This document shows positions 38,832 through 52,309 of a stretch of 64,000 nucleotides of DNA, piece by piece. Source of the DNA: Epiperipatus broadwayi (lineage: Eukaryota > Animalia > Onychophora); contig JAQFVV010000002.1 in NCBI GenBank assembly GCA_028023455.1, positions 30,814,001 through 30,878,000 of the forward strand. The letters are read 5' to 3'. Position 1 is the first letter of the stretch, and each line of letters starts with the position of its first letter. The notes beneath the pieces were generated by a model. That model made no database searches. It saw nothing but the letters and a program-made list of their open reading frames with translations, and had not been told where the DNA came from. The position numbers were made by a program, and so were the translations under genes.

Positions 38832-39995
38832 CAAATGCTAAAGAGTATCTACCAGTGAATTGATGTCAATTTTTTAAGCCATATCAGATCTATTTACCTA
38901 GGCTTACTTTTATCTGTAGCATTGATATATTTTTGCAACCTTAAATTTCATTCAGCCTAATATTACATTATCTTTCAACTGTGAAGCACATTGGTGAAAC
39001 TTTCATGAATTAGAAAGCTACATCATGATATTATTTTGGTTTAATTATTTCTGTATATGAATTGTAGACTGTTTGAATATTTTTGTCAGTTCCATTATAC
39101 AAACATTTTTTCTAGACAGTACCCCCATTTTTAAGACAATAGTGCTCCATATTTTATATCTCTGACTGTTTTCTTCAAATGCATGATTTAAATATTATTA
39201 AGTCTTTGTGACCATTTCTTGAATGAGTGAAAGATTGCATCTTGGTAGTTATCGCCTACTTCTCTTAAAGACCTTGGAGCTTTGCTTCATGACGAATGAT
39301 TTGATATGCTTACAGACACCATTCAAATATTATATAATTTTATTACACTTGGAATAATAAGTAGTTCAACATATATAGTCCATTACCATATTTATTAAAG
39401 CAACACAGGTTTTTTCATTACTTTGTCCAATTTTTCTATATATCAATTAGTAAACATGTACAATATATCCTGGTGAAAATATGACCGGATCTCTTTTGGC
39501 TACCTACGATATAATCTTTAAATCCACACGTGTTATGTAGCAATATAGTTTAAATATTCACTGCAAAATTTTAAGGCAATTAACATGGATAGATCACAAG
39601 ATGTGACAAGAAATGTGACGATGTGTTACATTGGGCAAGAACACATTCATATTTCATGGAACTAAGGCTCCAGGCATACTAATGCTTTATAATGCTTGTA
39701 ACTAAACTACATTGTTATGTAACACATGCGTTGATTTAGAGAGGGTGCTGCAGTTAGCTCGGAAAGAGAATCCCTTTTTTTATTGGATCACACTCTCTCT
39801 GACAATGATAATGACTTGTTATTCATTAGTAAAGTGATTACATGCTTAATGCATTAACCTATCTTGACTTTAGCATGGGTTTAATCCAGATTGGAGTCAA
39901 CTGTAGTTTATTCTTAGCTAAAGAATAAACTATGTTCCATGACAATTTGTATTAAGATGTGGATTGACTCACCAACTGTAAAGATAAAGTGTACT

Positions 39996-40102
39996 AGTCA
40001 AGCATTGATGGTCAAGAGGTCAGCGACAGCTGCTTTACAAGCAGTTGTCCCGGGTTAGCGGGTTCGCTTCCCGGCTGATGCTATGACACATGAGAAAAAA
40101 AA
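39996..40102 (+). mobile_element. tRNA-derived SINE with TSD
   Basis: B box ggttcgcttcc, A tail, 16-bp TSD aagataaagtgtacta (39981-39996 and 40103-40118). Confidence 0.88.
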
Positions 40103-41931
40103 AAGATAAAGTGTACTATGACATGATCTTTATTATTTGTGAGAGAGATTTTATTGTTATAGCCAATGTATCATCTCATATTAATATTTTTTAAAGATAA
40201 ATTAACTTATTCTTTAAAAATAATAACTCAGTTTTATAGCAATATAAAATCTTTAAATATAATTTTCATATTTGTGCTATTTTTTGGGACATTATATGCA
40301 TCCAGACTCTTTTTTAATAAATTTTACTGTATACATCTTTACCTCGGACAGTGAGTTCATTTGATTTCCTAAAAAACTCATAAACCCAAACTTCATGTAA
40401 AAAAATAAGCATTTGTAATGAGTTCCTATGGAAGGGGGGCGGGCATTATATTAAATTCAAAATATATAAAAATCCCATTAAAAAAAGTTTAAACTGAAAA
40501 AGGTATTAATGAATCAACATTTTACTAAGCATATTATTATTTAAAAAAGTACTATTTGTGGATAAATATGTTGTATGGAAACATTTCTGTAGCCGTAATT
40601 TTAAAATATATATAATTTTTTTTAATGGTCTATGATTTTGCTTTTTTACGTAGCCAGAGAATATTTCCTGAATCATGATTTGTTAAAGTAAAGCATGTAG
40701 ATCTGACAAATAAAACAAATTTTGTTTTGCACTGCTGTTATTATTATTATTTTTTAAAGTTAGCAGTTCACAAATTTATTTTACATGAATACAGTCAAAA
40801 TTAAATATAAATTATATAAAGAAAAGTAAAGTTGATTGTTATAGTTTTAATAATGTAAATGATTTTTTTGCCAATACTGTATTTTTTATGTTTACGATAA
40901 AAGCACTATTATTTTGAATACATGAGAAACAAGTTGCAAGATTATTGACTTAAAATTGAGCAATTATGTTTAGTAAACTTTGATCATATGAAGTTGATAA
41001 TTAGCTGCATAATGCATGAAATCATTTTTTAACCATGTTTAACAATTACATTGAGCATATTTTTGCTGCAGGCAAAAAATGTTTATAAACATAATAATGC
41101 ATAAAATTGATTGAATGATTATATTTTAGCTAATATATACATTTTAAAATGTTTACATTATTACAGAGTTGTTACATGTGATCAAAATATGTTTTTGATT
41201 ACTTATGATAGTGAATGAAATTGACATTTTTTTTTTGTTTTTATAGTTGTTAAAGATGAAAATCTTTTTTACTTTGGATATATTATAAAAGAAAGCACTG
41301 ATTATTTTGCAAGTACGTTAGATGAAAATTAGATAAAGTATATTAATTGTATTTTAATTCTACCATCAAAACAATATTGCATACTGTATAATGAATAAAC
41401 TCCGTATTGTTCAATTTTATCATGAATATCACCAATTTATTTTCAGATGACATGGCTTTAATGAAACCATTATCCTATGACATCACTAATTTTACAATGG
41501 TGGTTATTTTTAAAGTATAATCAGTTGTAAATCAAAGTAGGGCATATAAATTGATAATAATCACTATAGTGAATACTCTCATAAAGGTCTATCATTATTC
41601 AGAGTAAAGGTGAATATATAGGGTTGTAGCAGATAACATACAACTTAAAAAAAAATTACTGGGGTCCGTGTGGAGTATTCTTAATTATTGTAGCATTACA
41701 AAAAGCTAAGTAAGTTACTCAGCTTTAATTATTTAATATTTATGAGAGGAAAAAATGTTTAAATTCAATTCAAAATTCTAAAAATTTATTAATTTAGAAT
41801 TGATAAAAATTTTTTTTGATATCATCAATTACCTATCACCACTTAGTAAAAATATTTTTCTGTATTCTTGTTCTCTTTGGATCCCTTGAATTACTTTAAA
41901 TTAAGATTATAATAAGCATTTTGATAATCTT

Positions 41932-42256
41932 AAATGCAATACAGGGAGCATACCAATAGCTCAAACAAGCTCTTAATTAATAAGTGCGGTATGAGGAAAT
42001 ATTTAAAATCTCTATTCAGAACACTCTCATCTCCAGACCAACTGATTTTGAGCTTATATCTCACGTCAGTGGACAGCTAGAATATTCGGACACTAGACCC
42101 AAAATATTAACTCAAAAAACCAGCACTTATTTTATACGTATATTTAAGTAGAAACTCTGAAATTTTCAGACATGAAAATGTTTAAATCCAGCTATCTAAC
42201 TTAAATAACTATATGGTACTTGTTTGAGCTATTGGTACGCTCTCTGTATTGCATTT
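41932..42256. mobile_element. MITE-like element with ~38-bp inverted ends
   Basis: aaatgcaatacagggagcataccaatagctcaaacaag / cttgtttgagctattggtacgctctctgtattgcattt. Confidence 0.6.
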
Positions 42257-44023
42257 TTGTAACTACAAGCTTATAAAGTAATGTCACGTTATATATGACT
42301 TGCTTTTTTAATTATTATAAACTTAAATTGAATATTCACTTGGTATCTATTACGGGTAAATAACAGTTTTTCTCCTTAGCAGTTTTTTTTTTTTTTACAA
42401 ACTTGGAAAAGATGATGTGAAATTCATTTAGATATTATAAAGTATATACAAAAGGCACATTCTGTAATTACATAGCAAAGACATACAAAAGTAAAAAAGA
42501 AAAGAGAATGAATTATCTACTTATAATAGAGTCAGAAGATAGGATGTTCCATGTAACGTCAACAATGTCCGGAGAGGCAAGTGCCCTGACCGTTTTTAAT
42601 TTTAGAAATTTTATTGTAAATCAGTGATCAGAATTTCCTAGATGTACGGTTGAAACAAAAATGGCATCTTAGGACCCAAAGGGTAAACATAAGGAAAGTA
42701 GTAATTCTAATTGAAAGGCAAGACCCTGTTTTATACTATCAATGAGAGGACATGCATAGTTTAGTAATGGACTCAGTGATATTTCTGTAGGACAGAAGAG
42801 CAGGACACTGGAACAGAAAGTGATATATTGTCTCTTCAGACTTATGACAAAGAGAACAAAGGGGTCATTGGTTATCACACACCATTCTTTGTGATAAAAA
42901 ATGACTAATAGGTAGAGCTAAATTAATTTTGATAAGGACGTTAAGGTATTTTGGATCCAGATACTAGAATTTGAATTTTTTTCTTATCTGTTTATTGGTG
43001 TTAGTAAGTAGAGATGGGATGGCTGAGGTTGATTAGCATTATGAATTATGTTGTAAGCCTCCCAAAAGAGTATTTTCTTAGAGAATATATGATGATTAAG
43101 GTCAATATAATCAATAATGGATTTGGATTAAGGATTGAAAAAATTAACTTTACTGGGTGGTTGCGTATCAGCAGGGATAACTATAACAAATTTTAAAGCA
43201 TTAGGCTAAGTAGAGATAAATTTAAAAACAGTATTAAGTGACCTCTGAAAATAAAAGGTAGAGATTGAGTGAAGGGAGAGACTATTATCTTTGTCATGCT
43301 TCTGTAAAATTCGAATACTGATTGCGGTGTCTCTTTAATTCCAAACAGTTTATGTTCCAGTTGTTTTTTTTTTTTAATTAATGCATAGTACAATCTATTT
43401 CAAACTATCTTTATGTCTATATCTTATACAATAAGCTTCTATAATTTTTCAATAAAAGTCAAAATATGCTTTTTGAATTTCTTCACAGTGAAGCAAATCG
43501 TAGCCCAAAATTCAGCAATTGATTATTATAAAATCCTCTCCATTAAAGATTGCATTAAGGAGAGAGATTTTCCCATCATAAGAATATCAATCTTCATTAC
43601 ATATTCCATATGGATCACCCGATGTAAAATGATATTCAATATCCCACAACCGAATGCCCTTGCAATTTTCTTTGGAACCCTCAGAAAAATCCAAAGTAAA
43701 GACAAAATTCTCTCTACTAAGTTTATCTATGAGAATACATGGAAACTTCTCAAGATTCCCAGTGACTAAAGTTCCCAATTCTGCCACGCTATCTCTGCGG
43801 ATCCATAAAAATTTTTTCTCTTCGTCTAAATTTGACAAAAGCGTCAACACTGATAGTTCTAGTTCAAGTAAGAAGCTCCTGCTGACACATACTCTCATCT
43901 GAACATCACAGTTTGTAGCCATATATTTCACTAATAAAGTTTCTTTGAAAATAAACATTTTAATATTTATTTCAGATACATGCCTAGAATTGCTTTTCCA
44001 GAGAACATGACTAGATGTTGTGA

Positions 44024-44133
44024 TTTTTTCTTTCTCATGTGTCATAGCATCAGCCGGGAAGCGAACCCGCCAACCCGGGACAACTGCTTGTAAAACAGCT
44101 GCTGCTGACCTCTCGACCACCAATTCTTGACTA
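44024..44133 (-). mobile_element. tRNA-derived SINE with TSD, minus strand
   Basis: Reverse complement of the 40.0-kb copy; direct repeat tgactagatgttgtgattttt at 44008-44028 and 44128-44148. Confidence 0.88.
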
Positions 44134-44475
44134 GATGTTGTGATTTTTGAAGCATTTTTAAAATATAATGTAGATTTTATAGTTATCACTATCATAAAGA
44201 ATTCAATTTTTTTTAATAGAAAAAATAACAGATTTTACAAATGGAAATTCAATAATATAAAAGACTAATTTCTCTGTCAGCTCAAATTTTGAAGCATCAT
44301 ATTAAAATCACATCTTGGTTTATCATTATTAAAACAATCATAAAAGAATTCCCAATCTAAATGAAATTCGAAACAACTATGTTAACTGAATAAAGAAGTT
44401 ATGTTGCTGTTATTAAATGGGCATTACCAGCAGTAATTCATTTTGTCACTCGAGTCTAGCACCATTTATTTAAGC

Positions 44476-44957
44476 CAGGGGTGAGCAGTTGTTTTGGCTC
44501 AGGGACCACAGAGGATGGTGGAGGGCTGAATCGGAGGCCACTTTGTGGAAGCAAAGGTTAGCGGAGGGCCGCACCTTTTTTCATGACACAATAAACATGC
44601 TGCCTTATTTTTTGTATTACCAAATAAATATTTGTTTGTCCATTTTTCATTAAACACATGACATTCTTCACCGATTTTACATTTTTTCGGAAGGTTCATG
44701 GTTTCACTAAAGTTGGAAATGTATATATTTGCTAATGCAAAAACAAAATTGAAATTAACCAGGTCAAGTGGAAAAAGCACTGCAAATTGTATCTACACTG
44801 ATGTGGTCATCCTAGTGGAAAATATGAGACGAATATTCGGTCGCGCACGGTAAAGAAATCTCAGTTCAAGATGGATGTTTCTGATTGTCTTGGAGGGCCG
44901 CATAAAAACTCTTAGCGGGCCACATGTGGCCCTGGGGCCACTATTTTCTCACCCCTG
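44476..44957 (-). mobile_element. hAT (Charlie/Buster-type) internal-deletion derivative, 482 bp
   Basis: TIRs caggggtgag / ctcacccctg; perfect 8-bp TSD atttaagc (44468-44475 and 44958-44965); retains transposase N-terminus MNLPKKCKIGEECHVFNEKWTNKYLF...CLLCHE on the minus strand. Confidence 0.88.
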
Positions 44958-46661
44958 ATTTAAGCATATCAATTAATAATATCAATCAAAACCCCTGACT
45001 GTCTATATTAATGAGGAGCATTAGATCCATCCAATTGCGATACCTAGTACTTTTATACTTTAAGATTTTAAATTTGATATTCTAAAAAAAAATAAATAAA
45101 TTTAAATTTGAGCAAATCTTTTTTTTATACCTATGTTAATTTAATTCAGGCTCAGCAACTATATGTTTTAGTGATGCTAATTATAAGCTACCTGTAGGCC
45201 CTTTTAACTCTTTTGTTACATAGATATCTCTACTGCAGAATGATAATGCAATGAATTTCTGTTGTTAATGCAGATGTTTTTAGATTAATCACGTGATGAT
45301 TTATTTAGGATATGACTGTTAAGTAATGATTGGTACATGTAATTATAAAATAAAACCAGCAGTGAGAGGAATTATAAATATTTCAAGAGTCGTAATTAAT
45401 TAACTGAAAATTTCTTCATAGCAGTGTTCTGAAGTAAAAAGAAAAAAAGACTCAAGATGTAACAGAAAATGTTGATAGTCTTTACTGACTGAAGAAAATC
45501 ATTATTTTTGGCTTTTTTGTACACATTAAATGAAAGCTTTGCTTATGAAATTTTTTTTATATATTATTTTATAATTTTTTAGTATTTGGATATTTTTGCA
45601 ATTAATCCAATTCAGAATTTAAAATGGAGATTGTAAATAATGGCACAGTCTGCATAATATTTGAAAGGAAATCCATGTGCAGTCGTTTACAATATTGTTG
45701 TTTTTTTAAGAAGGAAGCATTTCTAAAAAATCAACTTTTACAATCAAGAGAAATTAAGATTTATTTCTATTTTTATAGTCATTCATTTCTAAATTGTATA
45801 AATTTGAAAAAAAAAAAAAACATTTGGTAGAAATATATTAAAAATCGATTATAAAATTTAACCCAAATGAACAAATGAGTTTCTAAGTTAAAATATTGTA
45901 AAACTAACTTGCATTTTCCCCAATCATTTTGTAAAGGACAGACAAAACTGGAAAAAGATAGTGAAAAAAAATCTAGAATACATTTATGGGTGCCCAAGCT
46001 TTTGCTTTCTGGTGATGATGATATGACATGAAGTAGGAATGTATTATGAGTAGAGTATTATGAGTAGAGTACTTTTGGCTTTACGGGTAATATTGTTTGG
46101 CTGAAGTGTCTTATGAAAGATTAGTGCATCTACTTGGCACATATATATATTTTAGGTCTAATCTCAGCCATATATTACTTGAAATTTTTTTTCAGATTTT
46201 AATTAAGTTTAGAATTTTTCTTTCAAGAATTTGGCCCATAGCCAAGCCAGCGGTTGTCCAATATTAGACAGTAAATGTGTCAGCCGGCCCTTCACACAGA
46301 GTCACCAAAATAAGGATGGAAAAACACAAACTATTTCTTCAGTTATCAAGCTCAGCGAATAGTGCTTTCTTTTTCACTGTTAGAGAGGTCTTTACCGTGA
46401 AGTTTTATTTTACCTTCTGCTTTGATTTTTTAAAATTTTAAGTTTATAGAAATGAAGTCGTATAGCAGTTGCCATGTTTTGAACTTCTGCTTTATATTTT
46501 TATTACACCAATGAATATAATAATTTATAGGTAGACATTTTGGTTTTGTGGCATTTTGTTATATCAATCATACTTATATATGAATTGTGCTATGAATAAG
46601 GTTTTTTTTAGATATGCTTTATTAAATAATATATATTTCTGAATTTTGTTTAATTAAATAG

Positions 46662-46957
46662 ATAACGTGAAAGCTAAAACATTCAACAGATACGCTTTAA
46701 ACATGCTAGCCAATCAGATGTAATAATGACATCACATGGACCTCTCAATTCTCAAACAGAAGTCAGAACTATAAGAAAAATGCTTGAGTCTGGCTTATTT
46801 ATATATAAATTGAGGCATAGAAGAAGATGGGTTCCATCTTTTTCTTATAGTTCTGATTTGTATTTGAGAATTGAGAGGTCCATGTGATGTCATTATTACA
46901 TCTGATTGGCTAGCATGTTTAAAGCATATCTGTTGACTGTTTTAGCTTTCACGTTAT
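46662..46957. mobile_element. Fold-back/MITE-like palindrome, ~120-bp arms
   Basis: 46662-46782 is a near-perfect reverse complement of 46835-46957. Confidence 0.75.
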
Positions 46958-47204
46958 TACAATGTTATCTGTTTGCACTTAATAAATTTGATGTATTTAA
47001 ATAGATAACAAAAATTATTTGATTTATAATTTAATATGCTTAAAGAAAAGTTTGATTGGCTTTATCTCTTACAATTTAATTAAAATTTGTATTTTCTACT
47101 TTTTTTATTGTTATTATAAATGGTTCTTATTCTTAAACTAATTAATTAGTTCAAGGGTTATTATTTACTGCAAACAGAATTCATCATCATCATTTCCAAA
47201 CATT

Positions 47205-48240
47205 ATTGATCAATTCCAACATCGTGTTTAATTCATTTTCTCTTATCTATAGCTTTTCTTCACATCATAGCATAAAGTTTTTTTATATTATGCATCCATC
47301 TCATATGCGGTCTCTTTCTAGGTCTTTTACAACTCTTGGAATCTGATTTAAAACTTTGAACTTTTTGATCTTTTATTTCCTTTCAGTGATATTAATGATA
47401 GCTGTTTATTCTTTAAACCATGAATTTCATTTTTGATGTCTTTTTGTTACTCCTAACATACACATTTCTCCATACTTCCCTGAGTGATCTGAAATTAGCA
47501 GAAGGAATAAATTCCTTTAAGAATGAAATCATTCTTATTTTATGTATCCATTTCTTATGTGATCTCTTTCTAGGTCTTTTACAACTCTTGGAATTTGATT
47601 TACAACTTTGAACTGTTCGATTTTTTAATTCCTTTCCTTGAGATTAATGATATTTGCTTATTTTTTACGCCATGTATTTCATTTTGGATCTCTTTTTATT
47701 CCTAACATACATTTCTCTACACTTCCTTGAGTCATCTGAAGTCAGCAAACAGGAATCCATTCCTTTAAGAATGAAAGTTTCCTTATTTTATGCATTCATT
47801 TCTTATGTGGTCTCTTTCTAGGTCTTTTATAACTCTTGGATTTTGATTTAAAATGTTGAACTGCCTGATTTTTGAATTCTTTTCAGTGATATTAATGATA
47901 CCTATTTGATATTTAAGCCATGTATTTCATTTTGGATCTCTCATGCATTCTCCATATCTTGTTGAGCAATCTGAAGTCAGCAAACAGGAATACATTCATT
48001 TAAGAATGAAAACTTTTTTATTTTATGCATCCATCTTATATGTGGTCTTTTTCTAGGTCGTTTGGAATTTAATTTAAACCGTTGTACTGCCTAATCATTG
48101 AACTCCTTTCCGTGAGATTAATGATACCTGTTTATTTTTTAAGCTATGTATTTCACTTTTGATCTCTTTTGTTACTCCTAACATACATTCTTCAAGCATT
48201 GATGAGCGATCTGAAGTCACCAAAAGAGAATACCTTTTTT
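47205..48240 (-). repeat. Degenerate tandem array (~4 x ~245 bp) derived from the RTE 3' end
   Basis: atgcatccat..tatgtggtctctttctaggtc recurs at ~47291, 47543, 47791 and 48025; matches the reverse complement of RTE 3' coding sequence. Confidence 0.75.
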
Positions 48241-48605
48241 TAAGAATGTGAATACCATCTACTTATAAAAGCAATTATAAAATGATTGATAAACAAGTTC
48301 AAATCTTTATAAGCTGCGCCAGATAGTTTATAAGTTATTGAAAAAGTTAAACAGTTGCAGTAAGAAATATTAGAGAAGCAGCAGCTGGCCACATAATGGC
48401 AAATCAGAATAATTTTTTTGTCCATAAGTGCTGCATGATGAATGGCGGAAAAAGAAAAGATGAATTAATTATTCACCTATCTTCAAAATTCTCAAACTGC
48501 TCAGGACATTGGTACGTACAGCTGACACATATATATAATAAGCACTTCCACCACCTTAAGCTATGTAATGAAATGTATTAATAATGGATAACTACATATT
48601 ACATT

Positions 48606-49260
48606 TATTTGGGAACTATCTTAATATAAATGGAGCACTGATTATATATATGTGTGAGAAATGATAATCTGGACCAACTGATGAGTGCTGGTTCAGCATG
48701 AAATATGTATATTGTTGAGTTCAAATCCCCTATATTTATAATTAGGCTCCAAGTATGTGAAGAGTGCCTGTGTTTCACACATTAAGCCTGCATTGTATCC
48801 CTCCCTCTTCTATGTATTTAAATGGATATGGTCCTGTACATGAGGGGTCAGAGTGACTTGAGTTCAACATGGACATGACAACAATATTGGCATCAGCATG
48901 GGATTTGGGCTTTCCATGATCAGATTTTTAATGGTATGGATGGCTGAAGAGGTGGAGTTTGGAGTAGATTGAAGCCTGTCCATTAAGGTATGAAGATTTG
49001 CTATCTTTATATAAACTGAGCAGTGATTATATATGTGTGAGAGATGATAATCTGGACCAACTGATGAGTGCTGGTTCAGCATGAAATACATATATTAGTG
49101 ATTATTGATCTTTTCTACATTGTGTGATTATGTTTATCAGTGATAAGAGATAGGGTGAATAGTTGAAAGGTGCCTGAAAGTCTGAGTTCAAATCCCCTAT
49201 ATATACAATTAGGCTTCACGTATATAAAGAGTGGCTGTGTTTCAAATATCTGTGAACTGA
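48606..49260 (+). mobile_element. Hammerhead repeat: truncated copy plus full monomer in tandem, both cores intact
   Basis: Cores at 48678 and 49061, both ctgatga gtgctggttcagcat gaaa. Confidence 0.87.
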
Positions 49261-49740
49261 AAAAGAAAATATTACAACAAATGTATATATACAAGAAAGA
49301 TAGCACTATTTAAAATCCTGCAAATATTAGTTTTAATAAGATTATGATATATTTTTTATTTGAAACTAGTTATTTCAGATATCGAAAGCATTATTAATAA
49401 AATAATTATTCCTAAGTTTCAAATTAATTTAATCCATACGTATATGATAATGATTTTTTCTGTATGTTACTTCCAGTAGTGTTCTAAAGTCCAATTTATT
49501 ACCAGAAAATTATTAAACTTTCCATGTATTTTAGTTAATTGTTGTAATGAAACATTCGGTAAATGAAGCGTATGTTATTTTATATTTGTATGTACGTTGC
49601 CAGATATCCCACTTTTCCAAGGTTGTTCCAATTTGGAACCTCAGATCCCTGTATTCCGATAGGAGATTCGGGGAATGTTGAATATTCTAATTTACCAAAA
49701 CTAATATATAAAAAAATCCTGGAAATTACATATATATTTT

Positions 49741-50109
49741 TTACATTTAAAGATCAGCCTTTCAAGCTAATTGTGTATGCGTCTTTTGAGAGTGTTAAAT
49801 AATAAATGAATACTTCCCTCTACAACACAAGATATAGTATTTATGTAGGAATAAAAGGAATCCTCTTATTCCTACGACTCAAATTCTTTTATATGAGCAA
49901 ATCTGAAGTACTGTTGAGGAAAGCGTGAGAGTAGAATTCTCACTTTAAATTACTATTTACGATGTTTGAATGAATGACGTCAGAGAGGATTCCTTTTATT
50001 CCTGCATAAATACTATATCTTGTGTTGTGGAGGGAAGTATTCATTTATTATTTAACACTCTCGAAAGACGCATGCACAATTAGCTTGAAAGGCTGATTTT
50101 TGAATGTAA
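49741..50109. mobile_element. Fold-back/MITE-like palindrome, ~125-bp arms
   Basis: 49741-49866 is inverted to 49983-50109. Confidence 0.75.
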
Positions 50110-52309
50110 TACAATTGTACACATAGCGTCATATAAAAATAAATGCTTATTTACATATATATATATTGTTTATTTTGCTGTTAATAATTAATTATTAATT
50201 GCTAAATTAACCGTAATAATGCAATTAATATTATTTTAATAAAACTTTAGTTTGTTCATTGTGATGATTACTATTTGCATCGGGGAAGGTGGAAAGCCCA
50301 TAGACATGTGTACGTTATTTATATAAATATTTTTAATTTGTGATATTTGTAAAGTTTCTATTTTGTATTTTTAATTTATTTGTTAGTTTAAAATTGAAGT
50401 GTGTAATAAATTTGTATTGATGATACTATTTTTTAATTGAGTCTACCAGTTTTGAAGTTTTGGATGTCTAAGTTACTTATTCACGTTGCCCTGCAGAATT
50501 TTTATCCTGGCCCTAAAGTTCTTTTAAAATTAAATTCTAAGCTCTAAGAAGGCTAAAATGAGAAAAGTTTCAGTGTAGATGCTTGTAAGCTTGAGCTAAG
50601 CGCTTTCGATGTTTTGGTTATTGCGTTTGTAACGCTTCGAATTTAATTACAATTCGTTTAGGAAAAGTTTATCAATTTATATAATTAGTTTTAAAATAAT
50701 TTTTTTATTTTTTTAAAAACAATTTTTTAAGTTTTTTTTTTTTGACTCTCCCTTGGGGGTTGAGCGATAAATAATACCGATCGCCTCTTATTCTGATCAT
50801 GATATTCATAAACATGGCAACACTAATGTATTAGTATTTTTATTTTTTTAAAATTTGTTAGATATAAATATCTATACCCAATTATGTATGTATTGCTATA
50901 TATTCTGTATGGTAGCTTATAAATTAGCGTCATACTTAACTCAAATAATGCCAATTTAATATTTGATTCCTGGTATTACTATATATTATACTTTTTTGCA
51001 TGTATATAGTATGTGTATATCTACTTACAGCACTAATATATTTTCGAATGGTTTAAAATATATTAAAAAAAAAAGAAATATCATGTCAAATAATTATCGA
51101 TCCACTGCAGGATGGTCTCTTTAATTTAATTACTCGATTCCTAGCTTCTCTTATTATTTCTAAATAAACTTTATTTACACCTAAGTCAAACATCAGGGGT
51201 TATACAATGATTATGATCATAATCAGATAATTACAAAGTTTATACTAGGAGTATATATAATTTACAATGAATAGAACGTATTATATATAGAAGAATTGTT
51301 AACTGAGTTGAATAACATAGCGTTATAGAAATTAACTTGCCAAGATTATGCTGTATGCAAACTGAAGATAGCTTGAAATACAAGAAGATTAAGTTTTAGA
51401 TCACTAATGAGTATAGACTGTTTGGTCTGTCTAGAGTTATGAATGCTAGACCGGCCAGGTTATAACATATTCAACTTAAAGGATAAAAATAAATTAAACT
51501 GGATATATAGTGATTAATAAATTTCTACAAATAACATTGCGTTTTAAATAATTAGCATAAGCTATATTATTTTCCAATGTAAGTCCATGTAAAGCTAAAC
51601 TATAACATAAATAATGAAAAACAAATCGTCTATTATGGGTATACATTATCAATGAACGCCGACGTCCTTTAACCAGAATTAGCGCTTGATTAGGTGAGGC
51701 CTACCTCAACAATTAAGGTTGATTACGTCAAAATTCGGTAAAACCAGAAACGGAGAGAATAGTAAAGTCAATTCATCAAAGATAACAGTAAATTAGATGG
51801 GGTAAAAAGGAAATGACAAAATTTTAAACATATGATAGTTATAAAGTATAAAACACATACGCGCACACACACTTCAGATGAACTTTTTATAATTGCCTAA
51901 CTGTTATATTTATATCCATAAATTAGAGTCAGTCATTTCTTTTTCTTTTTAACATAAGATAAAGATATATTTTAAAAATATTCATTGTTTAGTTTAATAA
52001 TTTTGAGTCTGTATCTTTTCTATTTGCAGCGGAAGCTATTTCTTTAGAAAAGTAGTTTGACAGTATTTGCACACAATAAATTATCCTCCTGTTAAATGTC
52101 TTTAGCGCCTTTAATGGACATAAACTACGCTTTCTCTCTCTCGCTCTCTGCTTCTTCAGAGTGAGTAATCAGTTCAATATGTAGTTATTCCACTTAAGAG
52201 GAAAAATACAGCAAAATTATGTTAATATCAATATTCTCACTGTGATCAATATTTGAAAATTATTTTTTAAAAATCTACGTTTTTTTTTTTTAAAAAAGAA
52301 ATACAATAT

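Noticed and set aside
43587-44195. 202-aa minus-strand ORF
   Set aside because: It runs through a SINE insertion and its TSD. The remainder may be a decayed L1-like endonuclease region (weak CKGI/DPYG similarity), but not supportably a gene.
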